This document shows positions 35,781 through 46,955 of a stretch of 64,000 bases of DNA, piece after piece. Within the stretch, counting starts at the first letter, position 1. Each line of letters begins with the position of its first letter. The translations under genes and the position numbers were made by a program. This DNA comes from Mobula hypostoma (Eukaryota). The stretch lies in assembly GCF_963921235.1 (NCBI RefSeq), contig NC_086108.1, positions 43,154,001 through 43,218,000 of the forward strand, written 5' to 3'. The notes under the pieces are model-generated. The model did no database searches. It was not told where the DNA came from and was given only the letters and a program-made list of their open reading frames with translations.

Positions 35781-37392
35781 TATCAACTGTCAATCAATAA
35801 GCTTCAAGACCTTGGCCTTCTGGAATTGGATCCTCGGATTTCCTCACTTGCAGATCCCTGTCAGTTTGGATTGGTAACAACGTCTTCTCCACAATCTCCA
35901 TCAGCAGAGGAGCACCACCAGGTTGTGTTCTTAGCCTCCTGCTCTACTTACTTTACACTTACGACTCTGTAGCTAAGCACAGCTCCAATGCCATTTAAGT
36001 TTGCTGAAAACACCACTGTTGTTGGTTGAATCAAAGGTGGTGATGAATCAGCATATAGGAGGAAGATTGAAAATCTGGCTAAGTAGTGCCACAATGACGA
36101 CCTCTTACTCAATGTCAGCATGACTAAGCATAGGATTATTGACTTCAGTAGGAAGAGACCAAAGGTCCATGAGCCAGTCCTTATTGGGAGATCAGAGGTG
36201 GAGAGCGTCAGCAACTTTAAAATGCCTCAGTGTTATAATTTCAGAGGACCAGTCCTTGGCCCAGCACATACATACAATTATGAAGAAAGCACAGCAGCGC
36301 CTGCACCTCCTTAGAAATTTGCGAAGATTTCCATGACATCTAAAACTTGTGCAGTGGAGAGTATATTGACTGGCTGCATCATAGCCTGGTATGAAAACAC
36401 CAATGCTCTTGAATGTAAAATCCTACAAAAGCTAGAGGATTATTGTGTACAGTTCTGGTCACCTAGGATGGATATCAGTAAGATTGAAAGAGTGCAGAAA
36501 AGATTTACTAGGATTGCCTGGTCTTCAGCAGTTGAGTTACAGGGAAAGATTGAACAGGTTAGGATGTTATTCCTTGGAGCGTAGAAGAATGAGGGCAGAT
36601 TTGATAGAGGTTTACAAAATTATGAGGGGTATAGACAGAGTAAATGCGAACAGGCTTTTTCCACTTAGATTAGGAGAGATAAATATGAGAGGACATGGCT
36701 TTAGGGTGAAAGGGGAAAGGTTTAGGGGGAACTTCTTCACTCAGAGAGTGGTAGGAGTGTGGAACGAGCTGCTATCTGACGTGGTAAATGTGGGCTGACT
36801 CTCAAGTTTTAAGAATAAATTGAATAGATACATGGATGGGAGAGGTCTGGAGGGTTATGGACTGGGGGCAGGTCAATGGGACTAGTGGAATAAAGTTTCA
36901 GTACAGACTAGAAGGGCTGAATGGCCTGTTTTCTGTGCCGTAGTGTTCTAGGATAAGGCCCAGTCCCTCAGAGGTACAGCTCTCCCCACCACTGAGCACA
37001 TCTCCATGGAGCATTGTTGCAGGAAAACAGCATCCGTCATCAGGGACCCCCACCACTTGTGTAATGCTCTTTTCTCACTGTTGCCATCAGGAAAATAAGA
37101 GCCTCAGGACTCAAGCCACCAGGTTCAGGAGTAGTTATTACCCCTGATCCATCAGGTTCTTGAACCAGAGGGGATAACTTTACTCGACCCAAAACTGACT
37201 CACTTTCATGGTCCCTTCATCTCATGTTCTCGATATTTATTTACTATTATTTATCTACTTTTGTATTTGCACAGTTTGTTGTCTTTTGCACACTGGTTGT
37301 CTGCCCTGTTGGTGTCTTAGTTCATTGATTCTATTATGTTTATTGGATTTATTAAGTATGCCCACAAGAAAATAAATCTCAGGGTTGTATAT
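35781..37392 (+). mobile_element. Rex1/Babar-type LINE fragment, split by a CR1 insertion
   Basis: TKHRIIDFSRK, KKAQQRLHLLRNLRRF, ESILTGCIIAWY; resumes near 36955 with a HH..LFSLLPSG region and 3' UTR. Confidence 0.75.
36437..36950 (+). mobile_element. CR1 3' fragment nested in the Rex1-type element
   Basis: DYCVQFWSP; ORF 36445..36798 (YSLERRRMRADLIEVYKIMRG..FFTQRVV); CR1 tail. Confidence 0.88.
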
Positions 37393-37397
37393 TACAA

Positions 37398-38322
37398 CAC
37401 ACAGGGGACTGTCTTGTCTCCCTTTCTCTTCACCATTTACACCTCAGACTTCAACTACTGCACAGAGTCTTGTCATCTTCAGAAGTTTTTGGATGACTCT
37501 GCCATAATTGGATGCATCAGTAAGGGAGGTGAGGCTGAGTACAGGGCTACGGGTGTGAGCAGAATTGTCTGTAGCTTAATGTGAAAAAGACTAAGGAGCT
37601 GGTGGTAGACCTGAGGAGAGCTAAGGTACCGGTGACCCCTGTTTCCATCCAGGGGGTCAGTGTGGACATGGTGGAGGATTACAAATACCTAGGGATACGA
37701 ATTGACAATAAACTGGACTGGTCAAAGAACACTGAGGCTGTCTACAAGAAGGGTCAGAGCCGTCTCTATTTCCTGAGGAGACTGAGGTCCCTTAACATCT
37801 GCCGGACAGTGCTGAGGATGTTCTACGAGTCTGTGGTGGCCAGTGCTATCATGTTTGCTGTTGTATGCTGGGGCAGCAGGCTGAGGGTGGCAGACACCAA
37901 CAGAATCAACAAACTCATTCGTAAGGCCAGTGATGTTGTGGGGATGGAACTGGACTCTCTCACGGTGGTGTCTGAAAAGAGGATGCTGTCCAAGTTGCAT
38001 GCCATCTTGGTCAATGTCTCCCATCCATTATATAATGTACTGGGTGGGCACAGAAGTACATTCAGCCAGAGACTCATTCCACCGAGATGCAACACAGAGC
38101 GTCATCGGAAGTCATTCCTGCCTGTGGCCATCAAACTTTACAACTCCTCCCTTGGAGGGTCAGACATCCTGAGCCGATAGGCTGGTCCTGGACTTATTTC
38201 ATAATTTACTGGCATAATTTACATATTACTATTTAACTATTTATGGTTCTATTACTATTTATTATTTATGGAGCAACTGTAACGAAAACCAATTTCCCCC
38301 GGGATTAATAAAGTATGACTAT
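37398..38322 (+). mobile_element. Young Rex1/Babar LINE 3' part (RT C-terminal half)
   Basis: QGTVLSPFLFTIYTSDF..LQKFLDDSAI; ORF 37581..38180 (KTKELVVD..YKYLG..KGQSRLYFLRRLRS..SFLPVAIKLYN); ends gggattaataaagtatgact. Confidence 0.9.
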
Positions 38323-39285
38323 TTGATACTAAATTTACTTTGAACTTTCAGTCTGCGGAAGAAGTGGCAGATAAAATACACAGTAGCAAAGTGTATGGTC
38401 ATACACTTTGGTGAAAGGAATAAAGGCATAGACTGTTTTCTAAATGGGGAATGGCCTAATTTTGCTCCCATGTTTTATGAGCCCTCAATCCACGATGTTC
38501 AGGCCAACCATTTTGCTCCTCCACATTAGTCCATTTGCCCACATTAGGTCCATATTGTGTTGCCTATTTAAGTGCCTGTCTAAATGTCTCTTAAGTATCA
38601 TGATTATATCCTACTCTACCACCTCCTCTGGAAGAAAGTTCCAGATATCAATACTGTGTTTCTCCATAAAGGCATTTTCTTGATGTGTATGGCCAATCAA
38701 GTCTTTTTGCATCTGACAACTGTCTGGTAAGCTATCAAGACTCCAGGTAGGAGTTGGGGTCAGCTATCATATCATGTGCCCTTCTGGACACTTCTAACAG
38801 TCTTTAACAAGTCACACATTCTTTTAAAATGTCTTTGATAGTCAGAGATTATGAAAATTATTACAAAAGTTATACCTTAAGTATAATATAAAATTAATTT
38901 AAAACATCTTTTTCCACATGGAGAGTCAAGCAACGGAACAGATGGTGAGAACGTATCAAACATTCACACATCTGCTGATGGCTAAGATACAAAGGTCTTG
39001 AGTCAGCAGTTCCTCAGCTATAAATCAGCAAAATTCTGGTCACTTGTTTATTTTCTTGCATGTGTAATTAGATGGTGAAAAAGCAAAGTGAAGCTTTAAA
39101 AATGAAACGTGTTTGTGGGCAGATGGGCTGATCTGCCAACCTGGATTTCTTTTTAGTATAACTGTCAGTTGGTAGAAAGTTGCTTGAATTCATGTTGAGA
39201 TACCCCAGTTGCATATAAATAGCCCCAAATATAAAAACTGGGAAAAATAAATCTATTAAATTGTTGGTCTTTTTAAATTGGACAG

Positions 39286-39694
39286 ATCTTGCACTGAGGT
39301 GTCTATTGAGAAATTATAAAACCAAGCAGGAGGATGCTGACGAAGAACCCCTGAAGAAAAGATCTAAGGATGAAATGGAGACAAGTGGACACCCTTTGAA
39401 TCTTCCTAACTGTACTGTTTTGAACACTCCAAATGGACTGTCAGTACTTGGTATTGCCATTGCACTGTGCTGCCATCACAAGTGTGAGTGGAAGCATTAT
39501 GTGGGCAAAGAATTCTTCTCTTCACACGGTCTTGGTGCAGAGGACTTTAAGATATTTCAACGTTTGTCAAGCTGGGCCACCTGTGGCATGAAAAAGCATT
39601 CCATTGACATTAGTGAAGTAGAATTTGGCAATGCAGATGAGAAACTGCATCTGAAAGATCACAACTTTGAGGAGGAAAGTTCTGCATATGAAGG
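39286..39694 (+). CDS. TRMT13: TRMT13 coding exon 10 (DLALRCLL...ALCCHHKCEWKHYVGKEFF...LSSWATCG...SAYEG)
   Basis: Acceptor gacag, donor gtatgt; 409 nt; lies within ORF 39261..39821. Confidence 0.95.
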
Positions 39695-40517
39695 GTATGT
39701 ATCAAATCTTGAAATATTTTTGTTATACACTGGTTTAAAGTTAGTGATAAATGCTAGTTCTGGAATAATCTGGTGGGGGGCATTAAGATATCTATGTAAT
39801 TTTAATAGCTTGATTAACTAGAATACTTAGGTGCAAAACATAGTTTAATTGCTGGAGACAGTAATACTAAAAGTTGTACAAACTTATATGGGTGAGCATA
39901 CTTGGCATTTTGTTGATTAAGAAAATTGTGGCCTTGGAGTGAGTGTGGTTCAAATTCACTAAAATGACACCGGGGTAACTATGTGTTATAAGGAGAAGTT
40001 GCAAAGATTATTTTTTATCACCTGAATAACATAACAGGCAACTTAATTGAAGTTTAAGATCATTTCATTGGATAAAGAAAAGACAATTCAGGAGTCTGGA
40101 GCAGAGGGATACAATCTTAAATTAGAACATGGATGGTTACACACACCAGGAGATAACATATAAGGAGGAGGAGCTTTGGCTAATTTTTCTCTTCTCTGGA
40201 CCAGGAGCACAGAAACAAACCACTGCTCCTGGTATTATTTTAGCTGGTACTGTTGTTGGAGAGTTAGTGGCTCATGCTGAGGACACCTTTACTGAAATTC
40301 CTATTTATTCAATTTAACAGTTGTAAGCATTTCAGCTCCATTGAGAAAAGTCATTATATCATAACTACATTCTAGAATGCCTTTAATTACCAACAATAAC
40401 GAAGTCAACCACTGATGTACAACTGAAATTTTCTGTATGCACTATAGTTCCTAGTGCACAGATGGCTATCAATCCTTTCACCCTTTTGTGTTCTGGCTAT
40501 TCAACTCTCCACACATC

Positions 40518-41192
40518 TTGCGGACCGGCCGGCAGTGGGGGGGGGGGGTTGTTCAAGTAGGGTTAAACTCACCTCATCGTGTCTTTTACAGTTAGGTGTT
40601 GCCAACTTTCTCACTCCCAAATAAGGGACAAAAGTAGCAGTCAAATCCCGGGTCACTTGTGTTTACCCCAGGAAAGACTACTATGACCATGAAGCGTTGT
40701 GCAGGCTGATGCACATACGTGCCAATTTTTTTCCACAAATCGGTTTTGGCTTAATCTTCCTGACTATACTGTACATACATTATTTCTACTTTATATAGGC
40801 TGTGTATTTATCATATCATTCTTGTTTTTACTGTATGTTACTGTTATTTTAGGTTTTATGTGTTATTTGGTAGGTTATTTTTTGGATCTGGGAACGCTCA
40901 AAAAATTTTCCCATATAAATTAATGGTAATTGCTTCTTTACGCCATTTCGGCACGAAAGGTTGCATAGGAACGCTCTACCTTAGCAGGGAAATATGGGAC
41001 AAGGGCGGTCCCGTATGGGACAAACTAATTTAGCCCAATATACGGGATGTCCCGCAAATATGGGACAGTTGGCAACCCTATGTTCAAGTTTAACAGTGCG
41101 TGACAGGGAATGAGGAAAGGTGCAGCTGACTCATATCGTTTCCTCGCAGCCCGGTAGCACATGCTTTGCGGCCCGATGGTTGGGGACCACTG
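40518..41192. mobile_element. hAT-Charlie-like non-autonomous element (left end truncated) hosting the 40558-41080 insertion
   Basis: Ends GGTTGGGGACCACTG (Charlie-type TIR) with GCGGCCCG-like subterminal motifs. Confidence 0.6.
40558..41080. mobile_element. Non-autonomous hAT element, 8-bp TSD, carrying a Tigger right-end fragment
   Basis: TAGGGTT...AACCCTA termini flanked by TGTTCAAG (40550-40557 and 41081-41088); repeated GGGACA subterminal motifs; ~40767-40990 matches ~27155-27570. Confidence 0.8.
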
Positions 41193-41682
41193 CTGTAGAT
41201 TGAGGAAAATGCTAGGCTACAAGTTAACCAAATATGATTCAATATGGTAATTAGCTATGGTATCATGTACATTTATCGATAACCTGCTCAAAATATTTAA
41301 ATTATCTAAACTATAAAATTAAGTAAATGAAAAAGTGTTTGTAATTTTTTTTAGAAACTCAATTTCCAAAAAAATGAGCATTTTCGGGTAGCTTACCCAG
41401 ATTGGTTTATAAATATCTTTCAGTTCAGTGATTATTCTTTGAATTGGAAAAAATTGCTAAATAATAGTGCTTAATTATCAAAACTAATTCCCCGACTTTC
41501 ATACATGAGGCTGTTGCAACAATCTTCAACACTTGTAGTGTATTGAAGGTACATAGAGTTTCACTTAGCATAATATCAAAATCAAATGAGAAGCTCCCTT
41601 TACTTCTGGTACAACATTGTGTGTACTATTTACAAGATGTATTATGGCATCTCTCAAGCTTCCCAAGCCCACATTATCTATT

Positions 41683-41946
41683 TTATTTTACTTACTCAGA
41701 GGTGCAGCGTGGAACAGGCTCTTCTAGCCCAATGAACTGCACTGTCCAGCAACCAATCACAGGACAATTTACGGTGACCAAATAACCTAACTGGTACATC
41801 TTTGGACTGTGGGAAGAAACTGGAGCACCTGGAGGAAACCCACACAGTCACGGGAGAACATACAAACTCCTTACAGATGGCACAGGAATTGAACTCTGAA
41901 CCCCAACACCTAACACTGTAATAGTCATACTAACCAATATACTACA
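41683..41946 (-). mobile_element. V-SINE (HE1-like) with CR1-derived tail
   Basis: Minus strand: tRNA-like head with GAGTTCAATTCC B box, V-domain GGAGTTTGTATGTTCTCCC..GGGTTTCCTCCAGGTGCTCCAGTTTC..CCAAAGA, CR1-like tail. Confidence 0.8.
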
Positions 41947-42290
41947 ACCTAAAAAGATGGGCAACTTTTATGTCACCACCTCATGGACATTTCAGATTCT
42001 ACCTTGGAAAGAAATTCCTACCAAGCAACAAAGTGCAAGTACGTTTATCAATTCAACTGAAACACTTCAGAAGGACGGTCCTTCCCATTTGCATCAATAT
42101 TCCATGCAAAATCCACTTTAGAATTTAAGTTTTCTGTGAGTAGCATTCCAGGTAATGGTAAATTACTTTGGGACATTATTGCGCAAAGCAAGGGAAGAAA
42201 CTGAAGGTGGATGCTTCCACTGTATTATAAGTACAAACCAAGCAGTTTTATTTTACAGCTGATCACCTTTTAAATTTTAAATCCCCTCAG

Positions 42291-42507
42291 AACACTGAAT
42301 GTAGAGGAAAGAGAACACGTGGGACGCCTGTGCAAACTGTTGATAGACCATGGCCGGATCTGGTATTTGCAGCAGCGGGGATTTGATTCTGCTTTGCAGT
42401 ATTACACTAGTACCAGCATCTCACTGGAAAATGTCCTGCTCACAGCTGTTCCCCATCCAACAACTAAACAAACTGAGGACTCTGAAATAAGATTCAATGT
42501 TTTTTAA
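42291..42507 (+). CDS. TRMT13: TRMT13 last coding exon (TLNVEEREHVGRLCKLLIDHGRIWYLQQRGFDSALQYY...SLENVLLTAVP...NVF*)
   Basis: Acceptor atcccctcag; phase matches exon 10; TAA stop ends at 42507. Confidence 0.95.
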
Positions 42508-42603
42508 AGAACGGAGAACTCTTAACAACAATATTTGTTAAGCAACATGTTCCATTCATTAACTAATCTTTAGTCCTTGATTCTCTTTGTCACATACAAT
42601 GAA

Positions 42604-42612
42604 TTTAATAAA
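42604..42612. terminator. Candidate poly(A) signal(s): AATAAA on + (42607-42612) overlapping ATTAAA on - (42604-42609)
   Basis: TTTAATAAA lies about 100 nt after the TRMT13 stop and about 180 nt after the LRRC39 stop. A T/GT-rich tract follows on +. Confidence 0.55.
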
Positions 42613-42786
42613 ATGCAGCCGTGGAGTTTTTCTTTTATGTTTTTGATGGTTGATGTCAAAGTTCTTGCATTTCATAAATTCACAAGTTTCAAAGAATCCA
42701 GTCAGGTTCACTTAAGTGTTCATTGTTTAAATTTGCATTATGTTCTTTTCATACAGCATTTGCTTTGTGACAGTGGTAGCATGATT

Positions 42787-42848
42787 TTAATTGACTATTT
42801 CAGCCTCATTTGTAACTGACAGTGCTGAGTTACAAGTTTCAGTTTTGC
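42787..42848 (-). CDS. LRRC39: LRRC39 probable last coding exon (CKTETCNSALSVTNEAEIVN*)
   Basis: Strong acceptor tttttttctctctttcag; phase fits the previous exon; gives a short C-terminal tail. The peptide is poorly conserved, so the call rests on splice signals. Confidence 0.7.
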
Positions 42849-43530
42849 CTGAAAGAGAGAAAAAAAAGTTTGGAGTTTTATATACAGTGTTCAGTAGGTA
42901 TTTTCTGTCTTGTATATGTAAAGTAGTCAAAACATTTTTTAATAAGCATTTACAGTTTCATTTTAAATTGCACAAAGACTAATTTCACTGGGTCTTTTTT
43001 TACTGGCTATAACTTCGTATAAAATTGTAGTATAGTTTTGTGGTTTTCCACAAAACAATTATTTAATCAATAACAAAATTAACTAAGTTAAAACTATCAA
43101 CAGTACTATACAATATTATTACGGAAGAAAGATTGTTATTATTGAAATATGCTGTGACTATATGGAATTGCATTTATTAATTTACATGTGCTTTACTCCA
43201 AAAGACTTAAACGTGTGTGATTTGCACTCATGTCTGACTTCCACTCTGGTAGAGTTGCCATGCATCTCTCATCTTCCTTGATATGTAAGTTTCCTGAATG
43301 ATGTTAAACTGGGTATTTAAATAACACTCCAGCAAGTGTTTGGATACCATTTCCAGAATACTCTATGTAAGTGTGGCTCAGGAATGGCATAGAACCTGCT
43401 TACCCACAAAGTCTGAAGCCTGGAGTAATTAGAAGTAATTAGCTAAACCTAAGGTAATAAGCTAAAAATTGAGTTTCAGTGGTGCTCTCCCAACCAATGT
43501 GCCTTGGGCAAAACAACAAATTTCACAATA

Positions 43531-44051
43531 CACATCAAAGTTGGAGGAACAACACCTTATATTCCGTCCAGGTAGCTTCCAACCTGATGGCATGAACATT
43601 GACTTCTCTAACTCCGCTAATGCCCCACCTCCCCCCGTACCCCATCCGTTATTTATTTATATACACACATTCTTTTTCTCTCTCTCTCTCCTTTTTCTCC
43701 CTCTGTCCCTCTCACTATACCCCTTGCCCATCCTCTGGGTTTTTCCCCCCCTCCCCCTTTTCCTTCTCCCTGGGCCTCCTGTCCCATGATCCTGTCATAT
43801 CCCCTTTGCCAATCACCTGTCCAGCTCTTGGTTCCATCCCTCCCCCTCCTGTCTTCTCCTATCATTTTGGATTTCCCCCTCCCACTTTCAAATCCCTTAC
43901 TCACTCTTCCTTCAGTTAGTCCTGACGAAGGGTCTCGGTCTGAAACGTCGACTGTACCTCTTCCTAGAGATGCTGCCTGGCCTGCTGCGTTCACCAGCAA
44001 CTTTAATGTGTGTTGCTTGAATTTCCAGCATCTGCAGAATTCCTCGTGTTT
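43531..44051 (+). mobile_element. PLE 3' fragment, 13-bp TSD, hammerhead at 43918-43953
   Basis: LEEQHLIF..QPDGMNIDF plus terminus; AAATTTCACAATA at 43518-43530 and 44052-44064. Confidence 0.92.
43918..43953 (+). ncRNA. Minimal type-I hammerhead ribozyme motif
   Basis: AGUC-CUGACGA-A-GGGU-CUCG-GUCU-GAAA-CGUC-GACU. Confidence 0.7.
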
Positions 44052-44235
44052 AAATTTCACAATATGTCAGTGATAACAAATCTGATTCTGATACTGTGAA
44101 CCAAAATCCAGCCCCACTCATGTCTTGATCTCAATTACTTTAGCAAAGGGATCCAAACTTCCATATGCCAGATCTTCTATCCACCATGACATAACTGATA
44201 CCTGCAGCTCAATCTTTAAGGGCAACAGTGACCGT

Positions 44236-46955
44236 TGTTAGTTAAGTCTGTCACCTCCACTGAGGCATAGGCTGCTAACAGCAGCTCACCAGAATCATCT
44301 GTCCTGGGCCAGTCTTCCAAGTTGTCCCTAGGTGTAGCCATCATCTTGGTGTCAGCTTCAAGGTTGTGTTGCCAGGTGTTCTTCAGCCAGCATCTCTTCC
44401 ACTTTCTCTGGGGACGTTTTGTAAGGTTCTGGCTGGTGATGTTGATACTTGGCTAACACAGCGCGTGTCCTATCCATCCCCAACTTCATTTCTTTAATTC
44501 TTTTTCTGCTGGTAGTTTCTGTGTTCACTGCCATCGATCAGTGTTGCTTATGACTTCTGGTCAGCATATCCAGAGGATTTTTTTCACAGACAGCTATTAA
44601 TAAAAGTCTGCACTTTCCTGATAGTCTTTGTTGTCCTTCAAGTCTCTGCCCTGTACAGAAGAACTGACCACAAGTTGGAGTTGAACAGCCTGATCTTAGT
44701 GTGCTGCGACAGCTCCTTCAAGGACCAGCTGTACTTGAGCTGGATGAAGGCTGCCCTAGCTTTGCTAACCCTTGTCTTGACACCCACATTGGTGTGCCCT
44801 GTCTGTTAATGACATTGCTTCTACTTCCTCAAGTGAACTTCCCTTGAAAGTGACTGGGTCACCGCAAGTTGAGTTGATCTTGGAGACTTGTTTTCTCTTT
44901 GTTGGTTATCAGATCTGGTTTCTTTTCCCCCCTGTATTTGCTTGTGGGTGTGGGACAGGGGAGTTATATCGTCAGCAAAGTCCAGGTCATCCAGTTGCTT
45001 ACATAGGATCCACTGCATCCCATTGCTTTTCTGTCCTGTAGATGGCTTCATGATCCAGTCTTTGACCAGCAGGAACAGGAAAGGGGACATCAGACAGACT
45101 TGTGTGATTCCTTTCTTCATCTAAAAGTGACTGGTGAGCTGTCCACCATGGTTAACTCTTCAGGATATTCCCTTATACGAATTCTTGATCAGTCTGACCA
45201 TCTTGCCTGGTACTCCGTAGTGCTCCGGGATTCTCCACAAGGTCTCTGTCTACACTGTTCAAGGCTTTTTCATAATTGATTATGTTAATACTTGACATTA
45301 GGAGGGGATTTATTCTTATGAATTCTTTGAAACCAGGTGATGCTCCAATTTTCTACATCAACATCTTGGCCTCACAGTTTTGGTTTTTTAATTTTAAGTA
45401 AATTGTTGACAGATTTTGGAATTTTTTAAAATTTAGATTGATGCTTAGTGTTTTATGGATTAGCTCAAAAGATCCTACTTCAATATGCTTTAAATTTAGA
45501 AAATAGAACAAAACATGTGAAAGTAGTTAAGGGGGCTGAATACTTTTTCAAGGCAGAGTTACTTGGTGGTGTCGAACAGTTTCCTCAAGTTGCCACACCC
45601 TGCTCCTTTTTCTGCTGCTTCTTCCAGGCATAACTGTCTATGTAACTGCACTTACCTGCTTTAGCGCTCCTCTTCTCTACCTGTGAGTCTCTGCATGCTC
45701 TCTCTGTGCTTTCCCCTTTCCCATTCTAGTCCTGTTTTTATTCATGATTGCTTTCTTCTGCCTCCTTGCCTTGATCTTGTGGAATGTTTCAATTGAGATC
45801 TATTCTTCCTGCTGGTTCTTTTTAGCACCTAGTACCTCTTGACATGTTGAGACTAGTGACTCCTTAACTTTCTGCCGTTGTTGTGCAGATCCTCTGTCTC
45901 ATGCAATTCTTGTAACACTGGAACTTGTTGCTGAGGGCCAGTTTGAATGTTTCTTGGGTCTGCGTGGTGCTTAAAATGTTGTTTCCATCTAATTCTTCAG
46001 TTGAACTTCAGCTTCTCAACCAAGAATTGGTGGTCTGATGTGACATCTGCTCCTCTTCTTACTCTGACATCTTGAAGTGGTCTCCTGCATTTCATGGATA
46101 TACAGATGTGGTCTATTTGGTTCTCGGTTTATATGGTCAGCTGACACCCAGATGTTCTTGTGAATTCTTTTATGGGGAAAGATGCTGCCTCCAATGACCA
46201 TGTTATTCAATGCGCACATGTCGGCAAAATGCTCTCCATTCTCATCGTACCCAGTCCATGTGTTGCCATCACATCTTTGTAGCCAGTGTTATCTGATCCT
46301 ATTTTTACATTGAAGTCTCCCATGAGAACGTTAATCTCTCTCTCAGGATGCACTACTTGGATGCTCTGGAGTCTGCTGTAGAAAGCATCTCGTTTTCTTT
46401 GTCACTGTCTTTAGTGGGCGCATAACATGTATGACATTCATCATGATCTTTCTCTTCATTCTAAAGGATGCCAAGATGACTTGGGGATCATGGGCTTTCT
46501 ATCCAATCATGTCTTCTGTACTACTTTCGATAGCACTAGTGCCACTCCTTGTGTGTGGGGGCCATCATCTTCCTCATGCCCTAAATAAAGCAGTAGTTCC
46601 TCTGTCAACAGCTGCCTCTGCTTATACTGTCCATTTTGTCTTGCTGGTGCCAAGCAGGCTCTGATTGTCATTCTTCATTTCAGCCTCCACTTGCACTGTC
46701 TTTCCACTTTTGTAATCGTCTTTACATTCCATGTTCCAGTGGTGGTGGTCCTGGATGTTAGGAGGTCCTGTGGCTTAAAACGGGCTTGTGGCTTTCAACA
46801 CATGACTTCATATGTCTTCTTGGCAAAGATCTTTCCTCTCCCAGGGATGAGGTCTTTGGAGCTTCTGGTGCCATTTTTGTAGTTTTGGGTTTTACGGGAT
46901 AGGGTTGTTGGCCCCAGGCCTAACCTTCCTCCTTTCACAGCCGAGCTTGGGACCG
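44236..46955 (-). mobile_element. RTE-clade LINE, decayed with internal deletion and insertion, retaining both ends
   Basis: TWNVKT (~46730), MGDFNVK (~46315), GGSIFPHKRIHKNIWVS, MSPFLFLLVKDWIMK..LDDLDFADDI; 5' UTR CGGTCCCAAGC..GGAGGAAGGTT..CCCGTAAAA. Confidence 0.85.

Larger units (their letters stand above)
34335..38475 (+). mobile_element. Degenerate CR1 (~34335-35780, resuming ~38350-38475) hosting nested LINEs
   Basis: Endonuclease remnants; ORF 35349 QSQHGF..SCLTNL..YLDFQKAF..AKFA; continuation KWQIK..HFGERN at about 38360. Confidence 0.8.
13869..42507 (+). other. TRMT13: TRMT13 gene, coding span (11 coding exons, 1446-nt CDS, 481 aa); tRNA:m(4)X 2'-O-methyltransferase TRM13 homolog
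   Basis: Eleven GT-AG-flanked exons join in frame (153+47+67+60+70+107+168+73+75+409+217 nt). The protein has an N-terminal CCCH finger (RCGYFVAKKKRYC...CGEH), a CHHC finger (RIPCPLDPKHTV..HLKKC), EFGAGRGKL, GIGKHLCGAATDLALRC, ALCCHHKC and SLENVLL, recognisable as TRM13. Confidence 0.96.

Noticed and set aside
35349..35972. 207-aa ORF as a novel RT fusion protein
   Set aside because: Chance read-through from a CR1 RT fragment into an out-of-frame Rex1-type insertion.
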